NCBI GenBank assembly: GCA_051532035.1
Contig: JAOPTW010000027.1
Coordinates: 96,001-160,000, forward strand
Length of the DNA stretch: 64,000 nt
Source: Fibrobacterales bacterium
GTDB lineage: Bacteria; Fibrobacterota; Fibrobacteria; Fibrobacterales; JAOPTW01
Direction of reading: 5' to 3'
Positions 49,693 to 60,151 of this stretch are shown piece by piece. The translations under genes were made by a program, and so were the position numbers. Position 1 is the first letter of the stretch; each line of letters opens with the position of its first letter. The notes under the pieces were generated by a model that saw nothing but the letters and a program-made list of their open reading frames with translations, did not search any database and had not been told where the DNA came from.

Positions 49693-52053
49693 TTAAATCC
49701 CTAGTTTTATGCCAGCATAAAAGCCCAACCACCGATAATGATCATGATCACCGGCTCTAGAGCTTAAATAGAGGTCACCCACTGGAGATATCAGTGGGTC
49801 AACACCCGGTTCAGTAATAAGGAGATTCAATGAAACCCCTGTAAATAGACTTATATATGGCCCAAATCTCATGCCCAGAGCACTTTTGAGTCTAAAGAGA
49901 TTATTAAAATCCTCCCATCTCATTGAGTCTTCTTCTTCTTCTGGGGGATTAAAAATAGCGTTCCAACCAAACTCAGTCTCACTATAGTAGCTTCCAAAGT
50001 CATGACGATACCCATACCCTATCCCCAGTAGTACAATACTCTCTTCTGAAATTATTTTTTCAGCAGCAGTAAAAGTAGTATATAGTCTTTTGCCTCCGGT
50101 AGCGATGGTAAAAAGCTCCAACCCTGTCTCATCAACCCATAGGTTTCCATTGAGTCGCCCATTACTTGAATAATTGAGCAAGCCAATGGGATAATCACAG
50201 GAGTCTGAAATATTGATAATGCCAAGTTGTATTCCCCCTACATCACCTGCAATATTAAGAAACGATGTAATCTGATGATCCGAAATATCATCTGCAACAT
50301 TTATAGCACCTGCAACCTGAGATCCCTCGACCTTATCTGATACATTCATAAACCCTGCGGCCTGAAAACCCTCAACCTCATCCGAAACATTCATAAATCC
50401 CGCGGCCTGAAAGCCTTCAACCGCATCTGATACATTCATAAACCCTGCAGCCTGAAACCCTTGAATAGGCTTAGAAACATTGATAAAGCCTGCAGCCTGA
50501 AAGCCACTTATTGAATCAGATATATTGATGAACCCACTTCCCTGAAAACCAACAACGGTATCAGCGCTATTAATAAAACCCGAAAATTGAAATCCATCAA
50601 GATTCTCAGCGACATTGACATAACCCGCCGCCTGAAAACCAGATACTTTTTTTGCAAAATTAACAGCACCAGCCCCTTGAAAGAACTCAATGTCATCGGC
50701 AACATTAAATATACCACTAACCTGAACACCACCAATATATCCTTTATTGATACTACCAATGGCGGCTATTGAAGATTCAGAAATCCCCCCATGGGTTTCG
50801 GTAACGCCAAAGTTTATTATGGTCCCATTAAAAGGTTCATCATACCTTTTATGTAAAAAGACGGTCTCAGTCTTTCTTTCACCTAAAAATTGAGGTACAG
50901 AATCTCTTTTGTCATGTATTATAACGGTATCATGAGTTACAATTGTATCAACAACTGAGAGGTTCATCACTTCATCATCATCTGAGAGTGTTACTGTATC
51001 GCCTCTACTCACTGTTTGCTCTTTGTTAACCGTTATAAAGTCCCTACCATTAACCACAATCCGTTTTTTATAAGGGATCACCACACTACTTTTCTTAAAG
51101 CGGTTATGCGCTTCTAGGCCGATACTATACTCACCAGGTTCAAGTCCAAGCTCAATACTCCGCCCCCCCTGTTTACTCAGTTCTGCAATAAGGTACCCTT
51201 CACTATTGCGCACAAAAAGTCGCCCCGCAATGTTTTCTCCCAAGAGTAACCCTGATGAAATCTCACGCACGTCGGTAAAAACAACATCGCCAGTACCGGT
51301 TAATTTCATATCATAATTTGCATGCTGCGCTCCACCACTTGTTTTCTCTGTATTCAACAGTGTCTCATTAAATGCAAATTGATAGGCTTCACTCAAGGTC
51401 ACCTTCTTATCACCACTAATATCCGCAGCCCCTCTAAGCCCTGTCACAAGATAATGGGTAAAAAAGGAACCACTAATTCTATCAGACTCCTGAGAGACCT
51501 CATCCCCTGCACTAGAAGTAATAAAGGCATAGCCTTTCATGTCTGATGACTCATCAACGAGGAATGCCTTTCGTCGAAGACCCCCTTTAAAACGAGTAAT
51601 AGTGCCTGAAGCACACGCATCAAGTACTGCAATTTTAACATCTGAACGCATCTCATTAATCTTAGACCGGAGCTCTTTATAGCCCAACAACTCTTCACCG
51701 AGCAGCAGCCCTTTGGCATTGGCGTGCCCCGAATAATAAAGGATGAGTTCACTTTTTTGTCCAGCCCCCTTCACCCTATCAATCTGACTATTAATTGAAT
51801 CAAGTATCAACATAAATTCATTACGCGTCGGCTCTTTAATAATATGTTGATCACTTTTGAGTACTCCACCCATCTGCTCCATAACACTTAAAAATGAAAC
51901 AGCATCAGTTGTCGCATACCGAAGTGGCACGCGACCCTCGCCTCCAAAGTTTGATCCAAAGGCAACAGCAAAACGGCGAATCTCTTTCGATTCACCGATT
52001 GTAACGAGTAATAGCAATAGTATAATACCGAGTGCTTTATTCATTACCTTCAC
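49693..52053 (-). CDS. Exported caspase-family (peptidase C14) protein with 15-aa Gly-rich surface repeats and beta-stranded C-terminus
   Basis: Signal peptide; LRYATTDA, YYSGHA (His), LDACASG (Cys), SQES..GSFFTHYL; GFQAAGFMNV repeats. Confidence 0.9.
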   Translation of the reverse strand: MKVMNKALGIILLLLLVTIGESKEIRRFAVAFGSNFGGEGRVPLRYATTDAVSFLSVMEQMGGVLKSDQHIIKEPTRNEFMLILDSINSQIDRVKGAGQKSELILYYSGHANAKGLLLGEELLGYKELRSKINEMRSDVKIAVLDACASGTITRFKGGLRRKAFLVDESSDMKGYAFITSSAGDEVSQESDRISGSFFTHYLVTGLRGAADISGDKKVTLSEAYQFAFNETLLNTEKTSGGAQHANYDMKLTGTGDVVFTDVREISSGLLLGENIAGRLFVRNSEGYLIAELSKQGGRSIELGLEPGEYSIGLEAHNRFKKSSVVIPYKKRIVVNGRDFITVNKEQTVSRGDTVTLSDDDEVMNLSVVDTIVTHDTVIIHDKRDSVPQFLGERKTETVFLHKRYDEPFNGTIINFGVTETHGGISESSIAAIGSINKGYIGGVQVSGIFNVADDIEFFQGAGAVNFAKKVSGFQAAGYVNVAENLDGFQFSGFINSADTVVGFQGSGFINISDSISGFQAAGFINVSKPIQGFQAAGFMNVSDAVEGFQAAGFMNVSDEVEGFQAAGFMNVSDKVEGSQVAGAINVADDISDHQITSFLNIAGDVGGIQLGIINISDSCDYPIGLLNYSSNGRLNGNLWVDETGLELFTIATGGKRLYTTFTAAEKIISEESIVLLGIGYGYRHDFGSYYSETEFGWNAIFNPPEEEEDSMRWEDFNNLFRLKSALGMRFGPYISLFTGVSLNLLITEPGVDPLISPVGDLYLSSRAGDHDHYRWLGFYAGIKLGI
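50270..50730 (-). repeat. 45-bp (15-aa) tandem repeat array within the caspase gene
   Basis: About 10 units of G(F/V)Q(A/G/F)(A/S)GF(I/M)NVS; three nearly identical at DNA level. Boundaries approximate. Confidence 0.85.
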
Positions 52054-52849
52054 CCTTTATTATTGTCGTGGTGTATTGAAAAAACCGCTTATCAAGTTTT
52101 AAAAACCCATTCTCAGGCGGTGGCGCAACTCCTTTTTCAAGTGCCTTTTGCACCAAAGAAACCTTAAATGCCTCTTTGGCAGTAATAAAATAGAACCGTT
52201 CATACCGTGGGGCATCGTCAAGTTCATACGAAAAGGGCAATGAAGTTTTGGTATTCAGTGTCAGTGACACGGCATCACTCCCCTCTGTTGGTAGGTGCAT
52301 TGTAACAACACCATTTCCATCAACGGAGGCTATGACACCATACTGTCGATCTTTGGAGAGATAATGCAGTTGAATCAGATCCCCCTGAGTCGCACTCCCT
52401 CCATCTTCTATATAGACAGTAGCATCATTACTTTTTTTATAGAGCTCTAAATAAGGACCCAGTCCTTTGGTCCGAAGGCCATCATTACCAGCATTAAAAT
52501 ATACTACAACCACCGCAACCAAAACGACCATAGACAGGGTCGAGAATAGTTTCGTTATTCCACCACCAGTTGACGCTGCCAATTCAGACGCATCATTTTC
52601 TTCCATAGCCGAGTCATCAGACATCTTAACCGATTCAATTCCCGATTTCAGTTTAACCTGTCGAAGCACCCACTCTGGAGAATACTCTTCTGCTATCGAA
52701 ACATCTGACTCTAATATCTCTGCCAGATGCGCACTCAAAACGGTATCATACTCAAGTCGATCAGTAATCGTCCGTATCTCTGATTCAGGAAGTTCACCCA
52801 ACACATACCGTTCAAGCTTCCAATGTGGCACTATTTCTTCTCTTTTCAT
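52037..52849 (-). CDS. Anti-sigma-like membrane protein (ActD-like) with periplasmic DUF4384-like domain
   Basis: N-terminal WKLERYVLGELP, single TM helix, RTKG, GDLIQL..SVDGNGVVT..LPFSYELDDAP.YERF. Confidence 0.75.
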   Translation of the reverse strand: MKREEIVPHWKLERYVLGELPESEIRTITDRLEYDTVLSAHLAEILESDVSIAEEYSPEWVLRQVKLKSGIESVKMSDDSAMEENDASELAASTGGGITKLFSTLSMVVLVAVVVVYFNAGNDGLRTKGLGPYLELYKKSNDATVYIEDGGSATQGDLIQLHYLSKDRQYGVIASVDGNGVVTMHLPTEGSDAVSLTLNTKTSLPFSYELDDAPRYERFYFITAKEAFKVSLVQKALEKGVAPPPENGFLKLDKRFFQYTTTIIKGEGNE

Positions 52850-53337
52850 ACGAGTACCTCCCGTAGCTCACTCACGCTCTCTTTAAGGAGGCGCAAACGC
52901 TTGCGTACCCCCGAGACCGACATTTTCACCTCACCCGCAACCTCTTCGAGGGTCATACCATCAACATAATGCAGTACCGCAATCGTTCGTGTTGACTCGG
53001 GGCTCCTCTGAAAGATTTTATCAAGAAGTGATCGTTGTTCCAAAATTTTTTCATCATCAACACAGGCTATCATCTCGACAATTTCATCACCAATAGCTTC
53101 GGGTCTTTTTTTGTTATCACGGATTCTATTTAAACAAAGGTTTGTCGCTATGCGATATAGCAGACTTGAGGGGAACTCAATAGATAGGTCTTCCCTTTTT
53201 CGAATAACTTGTACAAATACATTCTGCATAATGTCCATTGCCTCGTGCTCATCTTTGAGCAATTGTTGACACCGGCGCAACACCATTGCCCCATATCGCT
53301 TATACAGCGCCTCTATATCAACTCTTTGTTCACTCAT
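52846..53337 (-). CDS. ECF RNA polymerase sigma factor
   Basis: LYKRYG..EAMDIMQNVF..LYRIATNLCLNRIR (region 2); HYVDGMTLEEVA (region 4). Confidence 0.92.
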   Translation of the reverse strand: MSEQRVDIEALYKRYGAMVLRRCQQLLKDEHEAMDIMQNVFVQVIRKREDLSIEFPSSLLYRIATNLCLNRIRDNKKRPEAIGDEIVEMIACVDDEKILEQRSLLDKIFQRSPESTRTIAVLHYVDGMTLEEVAGEVKMSVSGVRKRLRLLKESVSELREVLV

Positions 53338-53654
53338 TCTATCCTTTAGACACGGCTATTCTGCAGAAGTGTTACTCAATTCGAATAAAAATGCAAAAAT
53401 AGGAATTTTATGATACATACCGAAGTATAACGGCTTTTATGAGTGAGAAAGCAGCTCAGTTGATTAAGTCCCCCCATTACAATATCAAACATTCGCATCC
53501 CATTATTAAAAACTGCTCTCAACACCTTCCTATTCACCAGAATAAAGAGTTACCTTTGAGGTATACTCACGATTACATATTGGCCTTCTTTATCCATCTA
53601 CATGTTTAGTAGATTGTAAAGCCAGACCATATACCCCTAACACCGGGACTCACT

Positions 53655-54467
53655 ATGAATACGAAAGAAGCAGAAGGCATCTATAATAAAATTTGGAAAA
53701 AACTCCAAAAGGATGCAATTCACCACATTGATAATGACCCCTTTCTAGGAGGGATGCTCCATACCCGTATTTTGACACAAAAAACTCTCGGCGACTCTCT
53801 CTCTCAGGTACTTGCCGCACAACTGGGTGACCACAACCTCCCCACTTTGCAACTACAAAACCTTTTTAACGACGTCTACTCGACACACAAAAAAGTGCTC
53901 TATGCCGCAGCCTATGATATGCAAGCAGTTGTACAACGTGATCCCGCGTGTAATACTCCTTTAGAGCCGCTTCTCCTTTTTAAAGGATTTCAGGCACTCC
54001 AAGCCTACCGAGCGGCAAATATTTTATGGAAAAATGGCCGTACGTTACTTGCCCAAATATTACAATCATCAATTTCGCGCGCCTTTGGCGTTGATATTCA
54101 CCCTGCTGCAACGATTGGGTATGGTATACTTATTGACCACGCCACAAATATTGTCATTGGTGAAACAGCTAAAGTAGGCGACAACGTCTCGATACTCCAT
54201 GGAGTGACTCTAGGTGGTACGGGTAAAGATAGTGGCGATCGCCATCCTAAAATAGGTGATGGTGTTTTGATCTCTGCGCACGCCCAACTTCTCGGAAATA
54301 TCAAAGTTGGCAAAAATGCAAAAATAGGAGCCGGTGCCGTGGTTCTCGGCAACGTCCCTGCCCACACAACCTACGCTGGCATACCCGCAAAAAGAATTGG
54401 CGTTCCAAATTGCGAAGTCCCTTCAATGAACATGAGTCATGACCTTAACGATTATGCAGGGCTCTAA
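53655..54467 (+). CDS. cysE: Serine O-acetyltransferase
   Basis: RDPAC..FKGFQALQAYR..VDIHPAA..DHAT..TLGGTGK..RHPK. Confidence 0.95.
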   Translation: MNTKEAEGIYNKIWKKLQKDAIHHIDNDPFLGGMLHTRILTQKTLGDSLSQVLAAQLGDHNLPTLQLQNLFNDVYSTHKKVLYAAAYDMQAVVQRDPACNTPLEPLLLFKGFQALQAYRAANILWKNGRTLLAQILQSSISRAFGVDIHPAATIGYGILIDHATNIVIGETAKVGDNVSILHGVTLGGTGKDSGDRHPKIGDGVLISAHAQLLGNIKVGKNAKIGAGAVVLGNVPAHTTYAGIPAKRIGVPNCEVPSMNMSHDLNDYAGL

Positions 54468-55582
54468 TGTTTTTGGGCGATAAAAAATATTCACTCGATG
54501 CTATCTTTAGGATGCTTATTGGCCTTGCCCTATTTGGTGCAGGGCTCTGGCTCCTAAACTATTTAAGTGATGTGCTTATCCCCTTTGCCATAGCTTTTCT
54601 CCTTGCTTATATCATAAATCCTATGGTTATTAAGGTACAACAGAAAGTAAACCATAGAGGTGCCGCAGTCTTTATTGTCCTCACAGGCCTTACGGTTATC
54701 ATTACTGGCGTTACCATAGTAGTCATTCCTATATTAGCTCACGAAGTACACCAGGCATCAATGCTTATTACACGCCTCGTCCACGACTCTGAGATGACAC
54801 AAAAAGTTGTGAGCATCATTCCTCCCGAAATATGGAATACTATCCAAGAGCCTTTTAAAAGTGGCGATCTCTCGACAATCCTTAAAAATCGCGACTATCT
54901 GAAAGGAACTCAAGAGGTGTTGAAGCGGGTTCTCCCTGGAGCACTGGGCCTTATGGCGGGAACAGCACAGATCCTCATGGGTATTACCGGCCTCTTTATC
55001 ATTATACTCTACCTCGTATTTTTACTCAAAGATTTTAAAAAATCAAAAGAGGAGTGGACCACACTTCTCCCCAACCGCTACCGTGCGCCTTTCCTCAGTT
55101 TTGTACACGACCTCGACGACGCCATGGGCACCTATTTCAGAGCCCAGTCCCATGTTGCAACACTTGTAGGCATTCTCTTTGCCCTCTGTTTCTGGATCAT
55201 CGACCTTCCCATGGGTATTCTTTTGGGCCTTGTCATTGGCCTTCTTAATATGGTTCCCTATTTACAACTCATTGCCATTATCCCCGCAGTATTCCTCGCC
55301 TTTGCTGGAGCAATTGAAAGTGGTACGAGTCCTTACTTATCCATTGGCCTCACCTTACTCGTCTTTGCTGTTATTCAAGTCATACAAGATGCTATTATCA
55401 CCCCGCGTATTATGGGGAAAGTGACCGGGCTTAGCCCAGCCATGATCCTTCTCTCCATTTCAGTGTGGGGTAAACTTCTGGGACTTTTAGGTCTAATCAT
55501 TGCAATTCCTGCAAGTTGCCTGTTGTTAGCATCCTATAAGCGCCTTCTCAGTAATGAACAAAGCACCGACCAAAGTAACTAA
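54467..55582 (+). CDS. AI-2E family transporter
   Basis: Multi-TM; LAYIINP, NMVPYL, PRIMG..GLSP..WG.LLG. Confidence 0.9.
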   Translation: MFLGDKKYSLDAIFRMLIGLALFGAGLWLLNYLSDVLIPFAIAFLLAYIINPMVIKVQQKVNHRGAAVFIVLTGLTVIITGVTIVVIPILAHEVHQASMLITRLVHDSEMTQKVVSIIPPEIWNTIQEPFKSGDLSTILKNRDYLKGTQEVLKRVLPGALGLMAGTAQILMGITGLFIIILYLVFLLKDFKKSKEEWTTLLPNRYRAPFLSFVHDLDDAMGTYFRAQSHVATLVGILFALCFWIIDLPMGILLGLVIGLLNMVPYLQLIAIIPAVFLAFAGAIESGTSPYLSIGLTLLVFAVIQVIQDAIITPRIMGKVTGLSPAMILLSISVWGKLLGLLGLIIAIPASCLLLASYKRLLSNEQSTDQSN

Positions 55583-55658
55583 CGCACAACCTCAAATTCT
55601 ATTTCCCCCCTCTTTTGCTACTTTTGTGGTATAATTATTTAAAACCTTTGGACATACT

Positions 55659-56153
55659 ATGGATATTGAAGTTGTTGCACTCTGTGATGCCGCCACCGAA
55701 CAAGCGGGCAAGCTAAATATATTGGGTGCCTTTGATAGTATTCAATCACCTCAATTTCCCTTCGTGCATCCACAGTGCGCTTTTGTCTGTCGTATTAGAT
55801 TTAATAGAATAGAACAAGGTGAGCATTCATTTAAACTTGACTTTGTCGATCAAGATGGAAAGTCACTTGTACCGCCCCTCGAAGCAAAGATCAATTTAAA
55901 TTTCCCCAAAGGCGCAGACTCACAAGTCTCAAATATGATACTCAACATGCAGGGTCTTAAATTTGCAAAACCCGGAAAATACCTCTTCGAACTCGCGATC
56001 AATAATCGCCAAGAAGCATCACTCCCTCTCCATATAAAGAAAATTGATCTCCCCAAAAGAGCACAGCGCCCTCAACAGGCCGAAGACAACTCTCTCTTTG
56101 GTGATGATCCAGAAATCCCAGGACACCCAGAAAGCCCTGACGATTTAAGTTAA
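55659..56153 (+). CDS. DUF6941-like protein
   Basis: ALCDAA..GKLNILGAFD..F.KPGKY.F. Confidence 0.65.
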   Translation: MDIEVVALCDAATEQAGKLNILGAFDSIQSPQFPFVHPQCAFVCRIRFNRIEQGEHSFKLDFVDQDGKSLVPPLEAKINLNFPKGADSQVSNMILNMQGLKFAKPGKYLFELAINNRQEASLPLHIKKIDLPKRAQRPQQAEDNSLFGDDPEIPGHPESPDDLS

Positions 56154-57016
56154 TACATAATTAACCCTAGTCGAAAGAGATGTAGCCGTTCTCGTGAATC
56201 ATAATAGCCTGAACGGCATCCATAGCTATAGCCACTATACAACGAAAGTAGCTTAACTTCCTTACGATAATAAGTGATACCCGTTCGGAAAGCAATGCGA
56301 TATTGTTCTGCTATAACAGGGTATGCTCTTTTCTCAAGGCCACCTTCAACAGCTATTGATTCCACCACCTTTTTTGACCCTTCTGCTATATAATCAAATG
56401 TGCCGGCTCCGAAAAAACTCAGGGACCTATACATTTTTATCTGCCAATGCACACCGCTCTTCACACCAAATGAGATGTCCTTGTGCAACCCCGGTAGCTC
56501 TGGGGTATTTTTTGAATAAAAATACCCCAACCCACTTCCATGCCACTGTAAGCCTTGTGATGATACAATATTCATTTGAAGAGATAGTGCATTGAGGTTA
56601 CTTTGCCGATAGGTGCCATCATATATTTGATAAGAAGGATCCGAAATATCCTCTTGAATACCCATAGTTGCATGAGCACTTTGATGTACCCCATAGACTC
56701 CTATAAAGCTTTTATACTCGCCGAACTCAGGCCCCACCAAAACAGAATCAAATCCTACCACTAGATTTCCACGCCAACAATGATTCGGTAAAATACTTTG
56801 ATTGAAATGAGTATCATTACGAGCCTCTATCATACCACCAATGGTAACCTGAGATAGGTTTATTTTTTTAGCCAGAGAAACCCCTAACCCTTTTTCATAA
56901 AAGAGTGATGTCTCTAATACTCCAACAGCCCCAACCGCCGATAGTTGTTGAGGCTGGGCCCAGCCATACACCACACAACACACAATGATATTTACAAGTA
57001 ATACAAGTTGATTCAT
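56150..57016 (-). CDS. Hypothetical exported (probable beta-barrel) protein
   Basis: Signal peptide, alternating strand pattern, aromatic C-terminus. Confidence 0.55.
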   Translation of the reverse strand: MNQLVLLVNIIVCCVVYGWAQPQQLSAVGAVGVLETSLFYEKGLGVSLAKKINLSQVTIGGMIEARNDTHFNQSILPNHCWRGNLVVGFDSVLVGPEFGEYKSFIGVYGVHQSAHATMGIQEDISDPSYQIYDGTYRQSNLNALSLQMNIVSSQGLQWHGSGLGYFYSKNTPELPGLHKDISFGVKSGVHWQIKMYRSLSFFGAGTFDYIAEGSKKVVESIAVEGGLEKRAYPVIAEQYRIAFRTGITYYRKEVKLLSLYSGYSYGCRSGYYDSRERLHLFRLGLIMY

Positions 57017-57029
57017 ACGCTATAGATAC

Positions 57030-57060
57030 AAAAAAAGCCACCCAATAATGGGTGGCTTTT
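57030..57060 (-). terminator. Intrinsic terminator of HU gene
   Basis: aaaagccaccca-ataa-tgggtggctttt. Confidence 0.8.
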
Positions 57061-57081
57061 ACATAACATTTTTAAAAAATA

Positions 57082-57384
57082 TTATTTTTTCTTAGGTCTT
57101 GCTTTAGTAGCAACTTCTTTAAGATTTGAAGAAGGTTTGAAACCTACAGATTTAGAAGCTTTAATTTTGATCTCTTCACCTGTTGCTGGGTTACGACCTT
57201 TACGCGCAGAACGAGATTTAATAGAGAATGTACCGAAACCGATAAGCTGAACCATTCCGTCTTTTTTGATACCTTGCTCGATTGAACCGAGAACTGCTTT
57301 AAGTGCTCTTTCAGCAGCAGCTTTTGATTCAAAGTTTGCATCTTTATCTTTTTGAATGAGTTCAACTAATTCTTGCTTATTCAT
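57082..57384 (-). CDS. hup: HU DNA-binding protein
   Basis: MNKQELV..VQLIGFGTF..RKGRNPATGEEIKI. Confidence 0.95.
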   Translation of the reverse strand: MNKQELVELIQKDKDANFESKAAAERALKAVLGSIEQGIKKDGMVQLIGFGTFSIKSRSARKGRNPATGEEIKIKASKSVGFKPSSNLKEVATKARPKKK

Positions 57385-57466
57385 TAATACTCCTAGTTGT
57401 ATATATATTTGATAGGGATTACCTAAGTCAAAGGTATTATTTTTTATTGCAGTGGCAATAAAAAAA

Positions 57467-58405
57467 TTAGTTTGTTCTATTTTTTTTATCGAGCTCTAAC
57501 AGCTGTAGATACAGCGCTTGAGTCCGACCCATTACAACACCCTTCTCTAAGCCCTTATTTATAGGGTACTTATAGATGAAATCAAGTTCCATTGCCCGTC
57601 CATTCTGATAGTCGAGCATCATACTTGGTTTATAGGGCTTCATGACGTCAGTCTGAGAAATCATGGTATCAATAAATGTAGGTTCAATGAACACGTCCTG
57701 AGAACCAGCTGCAGCAACGGTTTCGTGCATTATACTCTCGGCCCACTTTCGTGATTCAGCCGTATCCATCATGGTTCGGGTATCTCCAAAGAGAACCGAC
57801 AACCCATTAAAGGGCATATTCCAGACAAGCTTTTTCCAGCGGGCTAAGCGTAAGTCATCACTTGCGGTTACCTCAATACTGGCGCTTTTAAAGTTTTCAA
57901 CGATGGCTAAAAACCGATTACTGGGCTCGCTGAGTGGAGACGTTGTATAATATTCTCCCAGCATAACCCCACCATAATCAAGATGATGTATATGGCCTGG
58001 TCCAATTTTATTCGAACAGATAAAGCAGAGTCCACCCATTATATGCGCCCTCGGAATATACTGAGCGATCTCCTCTTCACCTCCAAGGCCATTTTGCATA
58101 AGGACAATTGTTTGCTCAGGATGATACAAACGAGGGAGTATCTCTTTAAGGAGGTAATTCTGGGTAGCTTTAAGTGCAACAAGTAATACATCAACTTTTG
58201 GTAATGCATCAAATGAATCATAGCATTGAGCAGGCAATATATGCATATCGCCATCAATAGAGTCAACCCGCAACCCTTGTGAAACTACTTCTTTATAATC
58301 GCTATGTAACAGAAAATGCACATCAAAACCGGCATGGGCAAGCTTGCCACCATAGTAGCCACCAACCGCCCCGGTTCCAATTACTGCATAAGTGAGTGAA
58401 GGCAT
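57467..58405 (-). CDS. panE: 2-dehydropantoate 2-reductase
   Basis: GTGAVGGYYG, QNGLG, WKKLVWNMPFN, PSMMLD..MELD. Confidence 0.9.
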   Translation of the reverse strand: MPSLTYAVIGTGAVGGYYGGKLAHAGFDVHFLLHSDYKEVVSQGLRVDSIDGDMHILPAQCYDSFDALPKVDVLLVALKATQNYLLKEILPRLYHPEQTIVLMQNGLGGEEEIAQYIPRAHIMGGLCFICSNKIGPGHIHHLDYGGVMLGEYYTTSPLSEPSNRFLAIVENFKSASIEVTASDDLRLARWKKLVWNMPFNGLSVLFGDTRTMMDTAESRKWAESIMHETVAAAGSQDVFIEPTFIDTMISQTDVMKPYKPSMMLDYQNGRAMELDFIYKYPINKGLEKGVVMGRTQALYLQLLELDKKNRTN

Positions 58406-58426
58406 ACCTTTACTCGATAGTGTGGT

Positions 58427-58915
58427 TTATTTACCACAACACTTTTTGAATTTTTTTCCACTTCCACATGGACAAGGGTCATTACGACCGACTCTTTCCT
58501 CATCACGGACAAAAGTCTCTTGCTTTGCAGATTCTCCATCAAAGAAGTACCATACATCATCAACTTTTTTAAAAGTACTTACTTCACCGTGATTTTGAAC
58601 TTTACCGCGTTGCTTATAACGAGCAAGAAAAGAGACATAGCCAATATCATCAGTAGCTGTACCTTGCTCAGAACCGGTAATTTTGAGATCGATCCACTCA
58701 GAGTTCTGGGCCCAATCTTTAATCTCATTTTCGTTGAATTCACTCTTTTTCTCTGGGTGAATTGTTTTCATAATATACTTCACATCTGCTTTTGTAAAAG
58801 CAGTATAGCGAGAACGAAGAAGTGCTTCAGGTGTTGGAGCTTCTTTTTCCAGAGTAATATATGGTTCGCAACATGCTGTATATTCGAGTTCAGATCCACA
58901 TGGGCAGAGTGACAT
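58427..58915 (-). CDS. ychJ: YchJ family SEC-C motif protein
   Basis: [34 protein letters not shown]. Confidence 0.9.
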   Translation of the reverse strand: MSLCPCGSELEYTACCEPYITLEKEAPTPEALLRSRYTAFTKADVKYIMKTIHPEKKSEFNENEIKDWAQNSEWIDLKITGSEQGTATDDIGYVSFLARYKQRGKVQNHGEVSTFKKVDDVWYFFDGESAKQETFVRDEERVGRNDPCPCGSGKKFKKCCGK

Positions 58916-59045
58916 GAGAGTACCTTCTTAAGATGTTTGAGTGGAGTAAAAATAATAATTAGTGCTCTTTAAACGCAAGTATTGTAGTGAAAAACCACTC
59001 CAAAAGGCCATATTTATAAGGTATCAGCAATCATAAAGGCACAAT

Positions 59046-59076
59046 AATTCAGAATTCTGAATTCTGAATTCTGAAT
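59046..59076. repeat. Heptamer tandem repeat (aattctg) x4.4
   Basis: aattcag aattctg aattctg aattctg aat in the divergent ychJ/rsmG intergenic region. Confidence 0.85.
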
Positions 59077-59132
59077 GAGTCTCAATTTGCTACATTTTAG
59101 ATCTGAGCCTCTTATTCAGTGCAGTAACTACT

Positions 59133-59807
59133 ATGCAAAATTCTCGACCAGCCCCTCGTCAAAACCGACTCAAGCCCACTATGAAAAACATGGGGGTCCT
59201 TCTTAAAAGTCACGGTGTCGAGATCAACAATGAAACCCTTGAAAAACTTTGGGAATTCCATCAACTCCTCAGAGAAAACAACACTGACCAAGATCTTAGT
59301 AGACTCAATGCATTTGAAACAATTATCGAAAGGCACTACGCCGACTGTATGATTATTAATGCCTTTGAACAAAATTGGCCAAAGAAAATGCTCGATATCG
59401 GTTCAGGTGCAGGGTTTCCCGGCATACCATTTAAACTGATCCATCCTGATATCCATCTCACCCTTTGCGAACCACGACAACGCCGTTGTGATTTCATGGG
59501 CATGGTTATTGAGAAACTCGACCTCAAAAATATTGAAATTTTCAATCATAAAGTAACCTCAAAAAGCATGGACATTCCAGTTGGCGGGATTATAACTCGT
59601 GCATTTGAGCTTATGGAAAAAACCCTTCCTCGAATAGAAAACGCGCTTCAGCCCGGTGGCTACGCCTATTTTATGAAAGGCCCCGCAGCAAAAGATGAAA
59701 TCGCCACTTTTTCTAATCCTGATTATACTATCCACAAAGAGCATTGGTATAGCATTCCCAACTCAAATCAACAGAGATCTTTGATCGTTCTAAAACGCAA
59801 AAAATAG
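59133..59807 (+). CDS. rsmG: 16S rRNA m7G527 methyltransferase
   Basis: RHYADC, LDIGSGAGFPGIP, ITRAF, FMKGP. Confidence 0.92.
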   Translation: MQNSRPAPRQNRLKPTMKNMGVLLKSHGVEINNETLEKLWEFHQLLRENNTDQDLSRLNAFETIIERHYADCMIINAFEQNWPKKMLDIGSGAGFPGIPFKLIHPDIHLTLCEPRQRRCDFMGMVIEKLDLKNIEIFNHKVTSKSMDIPVGGIITRAFELMEKTLPRIENALQPGGYAYFMKGPAAKDEIATFSNPDYTIHKEHWYSIPNSNQQRSLIVLKRKK

Positions 59808-59890
59808 ACCGCTGCTTCATCGATATATATTATCTTCTTTTTAGGAACTCTTCAAATGCCCATTTGGAGGTTTCACTATATGGAGGAACA

Positions 59891-60139
59891 ATGAATAGTA
59901 TACGGTGGATACGGAACATTCTTGTCGACGGCCATAGGTACACTCTCGAAATTCTTATCGGGGCGGACCTTATTGCCGACAAGTGCTACGTAAGAATCAA
60001 TCAAGAGCCTGAACTCTGGTTTACCCCCGATAGTGACGACCGAGACATTATTGTACAGCGTGGAATGGCTATTCTTAAAAAAAGATTTGAAGGCCTCACC
60101 GCAACATTGCCCAATGGGCAACCATTTAATTGGGACTAG
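59891..60139 (+). CDS. Small hypothetical protein
   Basis: GGAGG RBS before ATG 59891; sits between rsmG and the GH57 gene. Confidence 0.65.
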   Translation: MNSIRWIRNILVDGHRYTLEILIGADLIADKCYVRINQEPELWFTPDSDDRDIIVQRGMAILKKRFEGLTATLPNGQPFNWD

Positions 60140-60151
60140 GAGCAAAGGCTT

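Noticed and set aside
50270..50730. Regularly spaced repeats as a CRISPR array
   Set aside because: They are in-frame 45-bp coding repeats with no unique spacers and no cas genes.
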